Positions 44,645 through 54,798 of a stretch of DNA of 64,000 bases are shown here, piece by piece. The position numbers and the translations under genes are program-made. Source of the stretch: Candidatus Saccharimonadales bacterium (lineage in GTDB: Bacteria > Patescibacteriota > Saccharimonadia > Saccharimonadales > UBA10212); assembly GCA_049521895.1 (NCBI GenBank), contig JBEKOJ010000001.1:554478-618477 (forward strand), given 5' to 3'. The notes beneath the pieces are model-generated. The model was not told the DNA's origin. It worked only from the letters and a program-made list of their open reading frames with translations, and did not search any database. Within the stretch, counting starts at the first letter, position 1, and each line of letters begins with the position of its first letter.

Positions 44645-47586
44645 AGATTTTGTAGGATTTTTTGTAATTGCTCTATTTTTTGCCCGGCTTCTGCTAGGTC
44701 TTTCTCGGTTTGTTCAATCAATTCTTTCGGTGCCTTCTCTTTGTATCCAGGCTTCTTCAGGCGCGCACTAAGGGCACTCTCTCCGGTTTGTGCCTCTTTG
44801 AGCTTTACCTCCAAACTGACTTTTGCTTCGGTCGCATCCACATCCAGCCGGCAGTCAAGATTAACAGAGATTAACCGCAAGCCACCGGCATAACCAGGCG
44901 GCAGCTCTTTAATTTCTTTCAGGCCGGCTAGCTTCGCCACCAATTTGGAATTTGCTGTCATATCGGGGGCAGGTTGGTGGTAGAGCGTATCTGCTCTAAT
45001 GCCGCTCATAGCTTTTAGCCAGCGCACCTCGGTGATTGTCAATTTAAGGCCTTCAAATTTGTTAGCTTCGGTCTTGTCAGAGTCAATAATCTTCGGCCAC
45101 TGCTCGCTGATCAGCATAGTGTCATGCCAGCCCAACTGCTGCCAGACGGTCTCAGTCACAAATGGTGCGAACGGATGGGCTAGTTTTAGTGTTTGATCAA
45201 GCACATAAGCTAATACTGAAACGTTTGGAACAGTTTTGCTGGCCTCTACGTACCAGTCGGCTAGATCGTCCCACACAAAATGATAAAGCGCACTGTAAGC
45301 CTCGCCGAATTTAAAGTTGCCTAAGTCGGCGGAAATCTCTTTTGCGGAAATACTTAACTTGTTAAGTATCCAATGGTCAACCGGACTTTTTGGCTCCGCC
45401 TCACCCCTGTAATCTTCGCCAACGACCCCCTCAATGTAGCGGGCGATGTTCCATAGTTTGTTGCAGAAATTGCGGTTGGCGACAATTCTGGCCAGACCTA
45501 AACGCTGATCATTCCCTGCCCCGGTACCACTAATTACCGCCAGTCTCAACGCATCTGTGCCATATTGCTTGATCACGTCCAGCGGATCAATGATCGTATC
45601 AGGGTCGCTTTTGCTCATTTTTTTGCCAGTTTCGGTGCGCACCAAACCGTGTAAGTAAACCGTTCTAAACGGTATCTGGCCTGTCACATAGGTGGTAGCC
45701 AAAATCATCCGGGCTACCCAAAAGAATAAAATGTCATATGCAGTCTCTAAGACATCTGTTGGATGATAGCTTTTAAAGTCAACGCTGCGCTCTAAGAGAT
45801 CTTCCAAAGACAAGGAGTAATCTTCGGCAAGTTTGGGATCAATCAGCGTGCTCCAGGTCCACAAGGCCGAGGAAAACCAGGTATCCAGTGTGTCCGGATC
45901 CTGTTTCCACCCCTGCCCTTCCGGAGGCAGTACTCCAACGTAAATTTCGTCCTCTATTTCCTTAGGCTCAAAATCGTACTCATAAACCCAAATCGGGTAG
46001 TCCAAGTCCATCTGCCTTTCGGGATGATACTTTTTTAACGCGGCAATCAGTTCACTGGGGTCCTTATAGACCACAAAGTGGGCTTTATCGGCAAGATCAA
46101 CCTTTTCCACTGTAGTTTTTTGGACACTTTTGATAGTAATTTCGCCAAAAACTATTCCGGTCTGGCTATTTTCAACCAGAATTTTATCACCTGGCTTATA
46201 GCCGTAATCCTTTTGTCGATAGGTTTTAGTCTTACCATTAAGCATTTGGTTCATAACAGTTTGGTCAAAACCCATTACTGGCTGGTTGGTCTTTTTGTAC
46301 CACACTGGTATCTGGTGCCCCCACCAAATCTGCCGGCTTATACACCAGTCACGCAAGTTGTCTATCCAGTGATAGTAAATTTTCTCAAAGCGCTTGGGAA
46401 TAATCTTGATATCGCCATCTTCTACCACGGTGCGCATAACTTCGCGGAATGAGCGCATCTGGCCCTTCCACTCCATAGCCGGCCGGTTAACATCCACAAA
46501 CCACTGCAGCATTATCTGTGGCTCAATAACCCCTTGGCCACGACTGTTCAGGGCGATGCTGTGGCTATAATTTTCATCAACATCCACCAATAAACCTTTG
46601 GCCTTCAGCTTCTTGACGATTTTCGGACGGGCCTCCTCGATACCCATGCCGGCAAACTCGCCGGCTATAGGTAGCAATTTACCCTTATAATCTATAATTT
46701 GCTCCCGCTCTAAACCGTGGCGCTCCGCGATCTCAAAATCAGTGCGATCGTGCCATGGTGTGATGGTCATCACCCCTGTTCCAAACTCCGGATCAACAGC
46801 CTCATCTTTAACGACAGTAGCTGTTACTGTACCGTTAAGCCACTCAGTCTCAAAAGTCTGGCCATCACTATAATGCTTGTAGCGCTTATCTTCGGGGTGT
46901 ACCACCACGTATTTATCGCCAAATTTTGTTTCCGGGCGGGCAGTACTTATCTGGAAAGGGCCGTATTGCAAAGTGTAAAGCGGAGCCTTTTCTTCTTTAT
47001 AATCCACTTCATCGTCAGACACAGTAGTTTCCAGGTTAGGGTCCCAGTTTACAATACGATGACCCCTGTAAATCAGTCCGTCTTTGTACATCTTTGTGAA
47101 GACTTCGTTAACCGAGCGGCTTAGCGAATCGTCTAGAGTGTAACGGAAGCGACTCCAGTCGCAGCTGGCCCCCATGGCCCGCATCTGCGATATCATGGTT
47201 TCTCGGTTACTGCCCGCGAACTCCTTGACTTTGGCGATAAAGGCCTCGCGGCCGATCTGGTGTTTGTCGGTCCCCTGCTCTACTAGCTGTCTTTCAACCA
47301 CGGCGTTGGTGGCAATGGCGGCGTGATCGGTACCGGGCAGCCAAAGTGCATCTTTACCCTGCTGGCGGGCGTGCCGGATCATAATATCTTGTAGGGTTAG
47401 GAAAAGCGCTCCTCCCATATGCAACGTGGAGGTCTCGTTGGGTGGTGGCATGCTGATAGAAAAATGCGGTTTAGGACTGTTGGGATCGGCCTTAAAGGCC
47501 CCGCTCTTCTCCCATCTGGTATAGATGCCAGCTTCATATTCGGTAGGATTGTAGGTTTTAGGCAGTTTCATCCCATTAAACCTCAA
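44641..47586 (-). CDS. valS: valine--tRNA ligase
   Basis: PPPNETSTLHMGGALF (HIGH-type), KMSKSDPD (KMSKS), a C-terminal coiled-coil; 981 aa; the real start is probably MKLPKTYNP. Confidence 0.85.
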   Translation of the reverse strand: MRFNGMKLPKTYNPTEYEAGIYTRWEKSGAFKADPNSPKPHFSISMPPPNETSTLHMGGALFLTLQDIMIRHARQQGKDALWLPGTDHAAIATNAVVERQLVEQGTDKHQIGREAFIAKVKEFAGSNRETMISQMRAMGASCDWSRFRYTLDDSLSRSVNEVFTKMYKDGLIYRGHRIVNWDPNLETTVSDDEVDYKEEKAPLYTLQYGPFQISTARPETKFGDKYVVVHPEDKRYKHYSDGQTFETEWLNGTVTATVVKDEAVDPEFGTGVMTITPWHDRTDFEIAERHGLEREQIIDYKGKLLPIAGEFAGMGIEEARPKIVKKLKAKGLLVDVDENYSHSIALNSRGQGVIEPQIMLQWFVDVNRPAMEWKGQMRSFREVMRTVVEDGDIKIIPKRFEKIYYHWIDNLRDWCISRQIWWGHQIPVWYKKTNQPVMGFDQTVMNQMLNGKTKTYRQKDYGYKPGDKILVENSQTGIVFGEITIKSVQKTTVEKVDLADKAHFVVYKDPSELIAALKKYHPERQMDLDYPIWVYEYDFEPKEIEDEIYVGVLPPEGQGWKQDPDTLDTWFSSALWTWSTLIDPKLAEDYSLSLEDLLERSVDFKSYHPTDVLETAYDILFFWVARMILATTYVTGQIPFRTVYLHGLVRTETGKKMSKSDPDTIIDPLDVIKQYGTDALRLAVISGTGAGNDQRLGLARIVANRNFCNKLWNIARYIEGVVGEDYRGEAEPKSPVDHWILNKLSISAKEISADLGNFKFGEAYSALYHFVWDDLADWYVEASKTVPNVSVLAYVLDQTLKLAHPFAPFVTETVWQQLGWHDTMLISEQWPKIIDSDKTEANKFEGLKLTITEVRWLKAMSGIRADTLYHQPAPDMTANSKLVAKLAGLKEIKELPPGYAGGLRLISVNLDCRLDVDATEAKVSLEVKLKEAQTGESALSARLKKPGYKEKAPKELIEQTEKDLAEAGQKIEQLQKILQNL

Positions 47587-47957
47587 AGACTTTCATTGTT
47601 GATTGATATGACGAAGCGGGCAGGCGATTCAAGACGCCATTGATGGTACGGAAGTTAAGTGAGGTTCTAACGGGATTCATAAATGCTAACAGCATTATAA
47701 CAGAGGTGGATATATAAAGACCATCGCCTCTGTTATTTGACTGGTTTCACGTGAAATTGGGCAACATTCAACAAATCTTTTCACCTGAAAAGACTTCTCA
47801 AAAAACGCCCAATACTGGCTTTTGTTTTCTTGCCCCGCATTAAATCCTGAGCGGAGTAGTCTGCAATCAGACTACGAAGCTTCAAGATTTTGGTACTGGG
47901 GTACCGCCCGTTTTTGTTTTCAATCTAAGCTTAACAACTATGTGTGATGCAAGCAAG

Positions 47958-49082
47958 TCACATCTGTAAACCAGGGTCTATTTCTTGAGAAAAAGGATCG
48001 GCTGTTGGCCGCTTGTTGCTAGCCTGATAGTAGGCTTTGGCGGCTATCATTGCGGCGTTATCAGTACAGAGCTTAACATCCGTGTAAACTGGCTTGGGCA
48101 CTAGCTTGTCTGCTTGCACTCTAAGTTCCTGATTGGCGGCCACGCCACCGGCTATAACTACACTTTTGGGGTTGTAATCATCAATGGCCTTTACCAGGGC
48201 ATCTATAAGAGTTTCTATAGCCGTAAATTGGAAACTGGCTGCCAGGTCGGCTTTTTGGGTCTTACTTAGTATTTTCGGCAGGCCAAAGGAGGGGAAGGTG
48301 AAATCTTTACCTGCCATCTGTTGGGCGGCCCGCAAAACAGCCGTCTTGAGGCCGGAAAAACTAAAGTCATAAGGATTTTGTAAGTTGGCCTTGGGCAGCT
48401 TTACAGCTTTTGGGTTCCCAGCTTGGGCAGCCTGGCTGACAGATGGGCCGCCGGGGTAGGGTAGCCCCAGAATTTTAGCGACTTTATCGAAAGCCTCACC
48501 TACAGCGTCATCGGCGGTCTGGCCCAGAACAGTGTAACCAAAGTGAGCTTTAAAGAGAACTAGCTGAGTATGGCCGCCTGAAACTATCAAAGCTAACAGA
48601 GGGAAACCGGGTGCTTTAACTGGCAAACTGTAGCTAGGCAGGGCAGTGGACGTAATGAAGTTGGCGTAAACGTGCGCTTCTACGTGGTTAACAGCGTACA
48701 ACGGCTTGTTTTTGCTAATTGCAAGGGTACGAGCAGTCAGCACGCCAATTAGTAGGCTGCCACCTAGGCCGGGTCCATAAGTAACACCTATGGCATCAAT
48801 CTGATCCCAAAGATCAGGTTGAGAAACTGGGAACTGGGAACTAGGAACTAGCTTGTTTCTTGTTACATGTTTTTTGTTTCCGAAAGCATCTTTCAACGCT
48901 TGATCTATTACCTGAATGATGCTTTCTATGTGGCTGCGGGCAGCAATTTCCGGCACCACGCCGCCGTAAGCGGCGTGCAGGTCAACCGAGCTGGCGACGA
49001 CATTTGATAGAAGTTTTTTACCATCCTCAACTACCGCGGCAGCTGTCTCATCGCAACTGGTCTCGATACCAAGCACTCTCAT
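47958..49082 (-). CDS. tsaD: tRNA N6-adenosine threonylcarbamoyltransferase TsaD (Kae1/Gcp family)
   Basis: MRVLGIETSCDETAAAVVEDGKKLLSNVVASSVDLHAAYGGVVPEIAARSH is the conserved TsaD N-terminus with metal-binding His residues. Confidence 0.85.
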   Translation of the reverse strand: MRVLGIETSCDETAAAVVEDGKKLLSNVVASSVDLHAAYGGVVPEIAARSHIESIIQVIDQALKDAFGNKKHVTRNKLVPSSQFPVSQPDLWDQIDAIGVTYGPGLGGSLLIGVLTARTLAISKNKPLYAVNHVEAHVYANFITSTALPSYSLPVKAPGFPLLALIVSGGHTQLVLFKAHFGYTVLGQTADDAVGEAFDKVAKILGLPYPGGPSVSQAAQAGNPKAVKLPKANLQNPYDFSFSGLKTAVLRAAQQMAGKDFTFPSFGLPKILSKTQKADLAASFQFTAIETLIDALVKAIDDYNPKSVVIAGGVAANQELRVQADKLVPKPVYTDVKLCTDNAAMIAAKAYYQASNKRPTADPFSQEIDPGLQM

Positions 49083-49107
49083 CAGTTCTACAGTATACTA
49101 AAGGAGC

Positions 49108-50403
49108 ATGAGTTTTAGGAAAATAGTTAAAGCTCTTATTCCGCGGGGTTTGTTTAACAAGATTGAACCATTTGGGCACGGGGTAGAGGCGGTGCTTTTT
49201 AATTTGAAAAACGGCTTTCCGGCACACGGTCTGAACGTGATTGGTGTGACCGGTACTGACGGCAAGACAACAACCTGTATGTTGATTGCCCATATGCTAT
49301 GTAACAGTGGTAAAAAAGTAGCAATGATTACAACAATAGCAGTGGATTATGCTGATGGGGCAGGGGAACAGCCGAGCCCGACACACCTAACAACGGCCAG
49401 CGTTCCACAGCTGCACAAAATGTTTAAGAAGATCAGGGCCAATAAGCCGGATTGGGTGATTCTAGAAACATCTAGTTTTGCCTTGGCGCAGCACCGCGTT
49501 TTGGGCGTGCCGTATTCAGTGGCCGTAATGACAAATCTGACGCACGAGCACCTGGATTACCACAAGACTTTTGAGAGCTACCGCCAAGCCAAGGTTAAGC
49601 TTTTTAAGATGGCGGCTCATAACCGACATGGTCTTAAAACAGGGGTGATTAATGCCGACGACCCCTCGGCCGAATATTTTACCAACGCTGTACCCAATGT
49701 CATTACCTACGGTGTTAAAGACGGTGATTTACAGGCTACTGATATCAAAACTACAACTGCTAGCAGTACGTTTAAGGTTAGTACCGAGGGTTTAGAACTG
49801 GATATTAAGCTCAACTTACCTGGCGATTTTAATGTTTATAACGCTCTGGCAGCCGTAGGCGTGGGCCAAGCCGTAGGGCTGGGGTCTAAACAGATAGAGC
49901 AGGGGATAGCTTCGCTAAAAAGCGTGCCTGGCCGTATGATGCGCGTAGAGGCCGGCCAGGACTTTGAGATACTGGTTGATTACGCTGTGACACCAGCGGC
50001 GCTCCAGAGTGCCTTAAAAGCCGCCAGACAAACGACTAGCGGCAAGGTCACGCTAGTGTTTGGCGCCACTGGCGACCGCGACAAGGCCAAACGGCCAATT
50101 ATGGGTGAAGTAGCTGCCAAATTTGCTGACAGAATTTTTTTGACCGACGATGAAACTTATAAGGAAGACCCAATGATTATCCGCCAAGCGGTTATGGAAG
50201 GAATTATAAAAGCTGGTGGCCAAGCCAAGACTACAGAGGTAGACGAGCGCGGAGCGGCCATCAAACAAGCCATTGCCGAAGCCAAAACCCGCGACACGGT
50301 TTTAATAACCGGTCTGGGCCACCAAAAAGACCGCAACATGGGCGGCAAGCTGGTTCCCTGGAGCGACGTCGAGGTAGCCCAAAGATTCCTGAGTGAACGA
50401 TAA
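49108..50403 (+). CDS. Mur ligase family protein (MurE-like UDP-MurNAc-tripeptide synthetase with a short N-terminal region)
   Basis: P-loop VIGVTGTDGKTTT, TNLTHEHLDYHKTFESYRQAKVKLF (Mur ligase DHLDYH motif), a C-terminal domain TGDRDKAKRP ... ITGLGHQ; the P-loop starts at about residue 45, which is unusually early. Confidence 0.55.
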   Translation: MSFRKIVKALIPRGLFNKIEPFGHGVEAVLFNLKNGFPAHGLNVIGVTGTDGKTTTCMLIAHMLCNSGKKVAMITTIAVDYADGAGEQPSPTHLTTASVPQLHKMFKKIRANKPDWVILETSSFALAQHRVLGVPYSVAVMTNLTHEHLDYHKTFESYRQAKVKLFKMAAHNRHGLKTGVINADDPSAEYFTNAVPNVITYGVKDGDLQATDIKTTTASSTFKVSTEGLELDIKLNLPGDFNVYNALAAVGVGQAVGLGSKQIEQGIASLKSVPGRMMRVEAGQDFEILVDYAVTPAALQSALKAARQTTSGKVTLVFGATGDRDKAKRPIMGEVAAKFADRIFLTDDETYKEDPMIIRQAVMEGIIKAGGQAKTTEVDERGAAIKQAIAEAKTRDTVLITGLGHQKDRNMGGKLVPWSDVEVAQRFLSER

Positions 50404-50489
50404 TCATAACTTTTATGCTTGCAATTTAGAATGGTACCCGTTGGACGGAGGAATTAAACAGTTTCTGGTTGTGGAGAAACCTGATCCAG

Positions 50490-50894
50490 CTAGAGTTGCG
50501 TAGGTGCTTCCAATTCAGGGTGGAGACCTTGACGGTGGGCCTCTTCAATACCTGTTACAACCCCTTTTTCTATAAATGTTCCGGCCGGTGCTGCCTGCTG
50601 GGCCAGAAAAGCTCGCCGTTTTGAGTTGAGCTGGTCAGCGAGATCCAATCGGCCTTGAACTTCCAGGGCGTATCTTCCGGCAAAAGTAGCAATCTCTTCT
50701 TCTGTTAACGGGCCACTTTGCTGGGCCGCTATAAGCTCCCGGCTTATCTCATGGAAGCATTCCCGAGCCTCAGCTCTTAATTTGACTGCTCCCGGAGCTT
50801 CTTGAATTGGAGCCTGCACTTCTTCACTATCCTGTTGGAGTTCGGCTTGGGGTGTATATTGGGGTGTATGTGGATCAGATTCTGGTTCTGGCAT
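50490..50894 (-). CDS. hypothetical acidic protein
   Basis: ORF only; no motifs. Confidence 0.2.
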   Translation of the reverse strand: MPEPESDPHTPQYTPQAELQQDSEEVQAPIQEAPGAVKLRAEARECFHEISRELIAAQQSGPLTEEEIATFAGRYALEVQGRLDLADQLNSKRRAFLAQQAAPAGTFIEKGVVTGIEEAHRQGLHPELEAPTQL

Positions 50895-50960
50895 TTTTAG
50901 TCCTTTTTATTTTTAGCAATTACTCTGAAAATAGCACCAACTACTCTGTATGTCAACACA

Positions 50961-51260
50961 CTATCTACCTAACGCTATGTCTCCGAGTGTCCCCATAACT
51001 TTAGTGAATAATTCAAGCTCCGCGAAGCGCTTTGCCTCGTGTATTGGAGCTTGTTCAATGCGGGTTTTTAACTCCTCGGCAAAGGCGATAAGACTGTCGA
51101 TTGTAACTATTCCAGCTTCGTCTGTCTCGAAGTAGGTTTGCAGGGGTTCTAACTCGAAATCTATGCCTATAAGCGCCAACCTTTCCCAAATATAAGTAAG
51201 CGTTTCTACGTCTATACGCTCAGGGGGTTGTAGGAATTCTCTTGAGGCACCTTCGTGCAT
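50961..51260 (-). CDS. hypothetical protein
   Basis: ORF only; no motifs. Confidence 0.2.
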   Translation of the reverse strand: MHEGASREFLQPPERIDVETLTYIWERLALIGIDFELEPLQTYFETDEAGIVTIDSLIAFAEELKTRIEQAPIHEAKRFAELELFTKVMGTLGDIALGR

Positions 51261-51368
51261 AGTGATTATTATAGCATAAAATCACCAAATTGCTAGATAA
51301 ATGTAGGTTGGCGTATCTGAAAGTGAGTGGCAGTTTTTCTAGCAATATTATTGTGTTCTTGCATGCAC

Positions 51369-51406
51369 TTGACCAACTTTTGGCACTCGGGTATTATGAG
51401 TGCTAG
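51369..51406 (+). promoter_or_regulatory. groES promoter (-35 TTGACC, 17 bp spacer, -10 TATTAT) overlapping a CIRCE-like operator TTGGCACTC-N9-GAGTGCTAG
   Basis: Compared to the CIRCE consensus TTAGCACTC-N9-GAGTGCTAA there are 2 mismatches; lies about 50 bp upstream of groES. Confidence 0.6.
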
Positions 51407-51456
51407 CGTCCGCCTAGGCGGACATTCTAAAAAAGGATTAAACGGAGGTTTAGTTT

Positions 51457-51720
51457 ATGGCTGGATTGAATCCATTGGCCGAGTGGGTGGTCGCTGAACA
51501 AGAAGAAGCCGTCACCAAGACGGCTAGCGGCTTATATCTGCCCGACAAAGCAGCGGAAAAACCCAAAATCGCCAAAGTTATTAAAGTTGGCGCCAAAGTT
51601 AAAGAGATTAAAACGGGCGACCGTATCGTTTACAAAAGCTACTCCACCACCGAAGTAAAAGTCGGCGACAAGGAATATATTTTAGTCAAAGAAGAAGACG
51701 TGCTCGCCAAGGTGACTTAG
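51457..51720 (+). CDS. groES: co-chaperonin GroES
   Basis: 87 aa with LNPLAEWVVAEQEEAVTKTASGLYLPD ... GDRIVY, the GroES pattern. Confidence 0.9.
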   Translation: MAGLNPLAEWVVAEQEEAVTKTASGLYLPDKAAEKPKIAKVIKVGAKVKEIKTGDRIVYKSYSTTEVKVGDKEYILVKEEDVLAKVT

Positions 51721-51723
51721 CAA

Positions 51724-51840
51724 GCATTTAACATTGGACATTTAGCATTGAACATTAATTTAACAGGTAACATTTTCCAGACATTGATAAATGAAAAGTG
51801 ATAAATCAATGAAAATTGTGAAATGTAAAATGATAAATCT
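51724..51840. repeat. AATG/CATT-pentamer hairpin element in the groES-groEL spacer
   Basis: CATTTAACATTGGACATTTAGCATTGAACATTAATTTAACAGGTAACATTTTCCAGACATTGATAAATGAAAAGTGATAAATCAATGAAAATTGTGAAATGTAAAATGATAAATC. Confidence 0.6.
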
Positions 51841-51861
51841 CGACTGAAAGGAGAGTTTTAG

Positions 51862-53541
51862 ATGGCAAAGAAGGTTTTCTACGATGATGACGCCCGTCGC
51901 CGGGTGCTGGCCGGTGCACAGATTTTATACGATGCCGTAAAGACGACAATGGGACCCAAGGGCCGCAACGCCGTGATTAGCAAAAGCTACGGCAATCCGA
52001 CGATTAGCCACGATGGCGTAACTGTGGCCAAGGCAGTGGAGCTTGAAGATATATTGACGGATAAAGAAGACACACTTGGTTACAAAGTCGGTGCAGAATT
52101 GATCAAACAGGCTGCCAGTAAGATGAACGACGTAGCTGGCGACGGTACTACCACTGTTACGGTACTGACCTACCATATTTTGAACGAAGCCAATAAATTA
52201 ATTGCAGCCGGGCATAATCCGATGCTGCTACGTAAAGGTCTGGAAAAAGCGGCTACGGACGTTTTGTCCAAACTTGGCGGTTTATCTGAGAATATTGGCA
52301 GTAAAAAATCGCGCGTGGCCGAGGTGGCTACTATCAGTGCTGGTGATGCTGAAATTGGTGAGTTGATTGCCAACGTTATGGAAAAAGTCGGTAAGGACGG
52401 TGTGGTAACCGTTGAAGAAGGTCAAGGGCTTGCTCTGGAGAGCGAAGTCGTAGAAGGCTTTACTACCGACCGTGGTTACGTCAGCCCGTACATGGTGACT
52501 GATACCGTCCGCATGGAAGCCGTTTACGAAAAACCGGCTATTTTAATAACCGATCAAAAAATCAGCTCGGTCCAGGAGTTTCTGCCAATGCTGGAAAAAC
52601 TAGCCCAAGCCGGTAAAAAAGATCTGGTGATTATCGCCGAGGATGTTGAGGGTGAAGCCTTGGGTACGTTGATTCTCAACCGCTTGAAAGGCGTATTTAA
52701 CACCGTAGCGATCAAGGCGCCAAGCTTCGGTGACCGAAGAGCTGAAATCTTGGAAGACATTGCGATTTTAACTGGTGGAGAGGTGATAGCCGAAGATCGT
52801 GGTGTTACGTTTGAAAATGCCGAACTGTCGGTAATCGGCTCTGCCCGCAAAGTAATTGTTACCAAAGATGAAACGACAATCGTTGAAGGCTCTGGCACGG
52901 CTACAGCGGTCAAAGCCCGTATAGAGCAGATCAATAAACAGATCGGATCTGCCAGCAGCGAGTACGACCGCGAGCAGTTGGAAAAACGCCGCGCGGCACT
53001 GGAAGGCAAGGTGGCTGTCATCAAAGTCGGCGGTGCCACCGAAACTGAAATTGAAGAAAAGAAATTCCGCGTGGACGACGCTGTGGCGGCCGTAAAATCA
53101 GCGCTTGATGAGGGCGTGGTGCCCGGCGGCGGCGTGACATTACTCGAACTATCGAAGATCATTAAACACTCAAATCAAGCTACTATTCTGCAGGCCTTGC
53201 AGCCTGGGGGATCGGAAATAGCTGGTGCTCAGTTGCTGAAAAATGCTTTAGAGCAGCCCTACAAAATATTGATGACAAATTCTGGGGTTAATCCCGAAGA
53301 ATGGTTACCTCAAATTCTTAAATCTAGCCAGGGGCTTGGGATTGATGTTAATAGCCCAGACAAGCTTGTAAACATGAAGGATTCTGGAATCGTGGATCCG
53401 ACCAGAGTGATTAAGGAAGCCATCCAAAACGCGGTTTCTATCGCCGGCACAGCTATGACTATGGGCACGCTTGTTACTGATCTGCCTGAAAAGGCTACGC
53501 CTGCCGCACCCGACATGGGCGGTGGCATGGGAATGATGTAG
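51862..53541 (+). CDS. groEL: chaperonin GroEL
   Basis: AKKVFYDDDARRRVLAGAQILYDAVKTTMGPKGRNAVI ... DGTTT ... C-terminal GGGMGMM repeat. Confidence 0.95.
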   Translation: MAKKVFYDDDARRRVLAGAQILYDAVKTTMGPKGRNAVISKSYGNPTISHDGVTVAKAVELEDILTDKEDTLGYKVGAELIKQAASKMNDVAGDGTTTVTVLTYHILNEANKLIAAGHNPMLLRKGLEKAATDVLSKLGGLSENIGSKKSRVAEVATISAGDAEIGELIANVMEKVGKDGVVTVEEGQGLALESEVVEGFTTDRGYVSPYMVTDTVRMEAVYEKPAILITDQKISSVQEFLPMLEKLAQAGKKDLVIIAEDVEGEALGTLILNRLKGVFNTVAIKAPSFGDRRAEILEDIAILTGGEVIAEDRGVTFENAELSVIGSARKVIVTKDETTIVEGSGTATAVKARIEQINKQIGSASSEYDREQLEKRRAALEGKVAVIKVGGATETEIEEKKFRVDDAVAAVKSALDEGVVPGGGVTLLELSKIIKHSNQATILQALQPGGSEIAGAQLLKNALEQPYKILMTNSGVNPEEWLPQILKSSQGLGIDVNSPDKLVNMKDSGIVDPTRVIKEAIQNAVSIAGTAMTMGTLVTDLPEKATPAAPDMGGGMGMM

Positions 53542-53652
53542 CCTATTTTGCATTTGGACTGAGGCTTAAACGGCAATCACCAGGATATTTTTAATCCTAA
53601 TGTTGCTTTAGTGCCAAATTCATTCTAGAATACAATCACCTGCAGGATATAT

Positions 53653-54372
53653 TTGATGATAGAACCAGCTGAACCAATCCTTCCAAATGATTACGAATCC
53701 GTTCATGTAACATTATCCCCTGGCTTTGAAACTATAAGGGTGGAAGCTGCTCTGGTGGCTGCCAAACTTGGTCATAGTGCACTGGAATGCTTAGGCTCAG
53801 TAGTTGACATACCTGGTGAATCAGAAGGATTAAAGCAAAAACGCATCGAGGAATACGATTTAACTCCTCGACAAAGAGAAATATTGGGCTTGATGGGTCA
53901 AGGTCTAACAAGAGAAGAAATTACCCAAAGGCTGTCGCTGTCACATGATACCCTCAAAACCCACGTCAGAAATATATATAAAAAAACTGGGGCGAGAAAC
54001 GAGGTCGAAGCTATGGGCTTAGATTTTACTTTGATTGAAAGTTACGAATTAAATCTTAAAGCAGCGCACGTAGGAGGGTTGACACCTAGACGAAGGAAGG
54101 TGCTGGAACTTTTGGCCACTGGCCTATCAAACCCGGAAATAGCATCTGGGTTGGAGATAGACATAGAAACAGTGAGATCCCACATATCCAGGGGTATTTA
54201 TCCAATCCTTGGTGTTGATCGTAGAGTTAAAGCCGCCTACGTTTATTTGGCTCGTCAGGAAATGTTATCACGGCACAAAAAAATAGTTGCGATACAAAGA
54301 GCAATCAAACTGTTTGTAGAAGCTGAAAAAACCCTGAGCGCTCTAAGTGTCGAAGAGCAAGAACAAAGCTAA
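53653..54372 (+). CDS. regulator with two tandem LuxR/GerE-type HTH domains
   Basis: LTPRQREILGLMGQGLTREEITQRLSLSHDTLKTHVRNIYKKTGARN and LTPRRRKVLELLATGLSNPEIASGLEIDIETVRSHISRGIY both follow the LuxR-HTH pattern. Confidence 0.55.
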   Translation: MMIEPAEPILPNDYESVHVTLSPGFETIRVEAALVAAKLGHSALECLGSVVDIPGESEGLKQKRIEEYDLTPRQREILGLMGQGLTREEITQRLSLSHDTLKTHVRNIYKKTGARNEVEAMGLDFTLIESYELNLKAAHVGGLTPRRRKVLELLATGLSNPEIASGLEIDIETVRSHISRGIYPILGVDRRVKAAYVYLARQEMLSRHKKIVAIQRAIKLFVEAEKTLSALSVEEQEQS

Positions 54373-54420
54373 CCATTCCCGCTTTTGTTTACTCTTATAG
54401 TCCGGGCGTAAAATTAAAAT

Positions 54421-54798
54421 GTGGATAATAATCGGGAATTGATTCCGCCGCCCTTGCTACATGAGTTTCACGAACGTGAAGGCCGGCGCTGGCTGCTACT
54501 GGCGTTACATATATTGGCCGCGATGATTGTTGCTACAGCTGTTGTTTTTGCCGCGCGGACAATTTATCGCTCTGCCGTTCATAAGCCAGTCAAGACTCAA
54601 ACAATGTCACAGAAGACAAGGGGCAATAATAAGCAGTCACCTAAAACTTCCGGGAGTAGCAAGCCGGTGACTAGCTCGCCGCCAACCACTAGCCTGCCCA
54701 ATAACGGCCCCGGCAACGTGGCTGTGATATTTACAGTAAGTGCGGTTGCTGCCGGTGGGCTGCATTATGCGGTTATGCACCGGCGTCGTGGTGCGTAA
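54421..54798 (+). CDS. hypothetical small membrane protein with a Ser/Thr/Pro-rich segment
   Basis: TM LLLALHILAAMIVATAVVFAA and a second C-terminal hydrophobic helix. Confidence 0.25.
   Translation: MDNNRELIPPPLLHEFHEREGRRWLLLALHILAAMIVATAVVFAARTIYRSAVHKPVKTQTMSQKTRGNNKQSPKTSGSSKPVTSSPPTTSLPNNGPGNVAVIFTVSAVAAGGLHYAVMHRRRGA

Noticed and set aside
47587-47957. T-box riboswitch upstream of valS (GGGCGGTACCCC on the minus sense resembles the T-box GGGTGGTACCGCG)
   Set aside because: The motif lies at the far 5' end of the spacer, not next to a terminator/antiterminator just before the start codon. I could see no specifier-loop or stem I arrangement. It is more likely a terminator hairpin (GGTAC-N4-GTACC plus a T-run) for the upstream gene.
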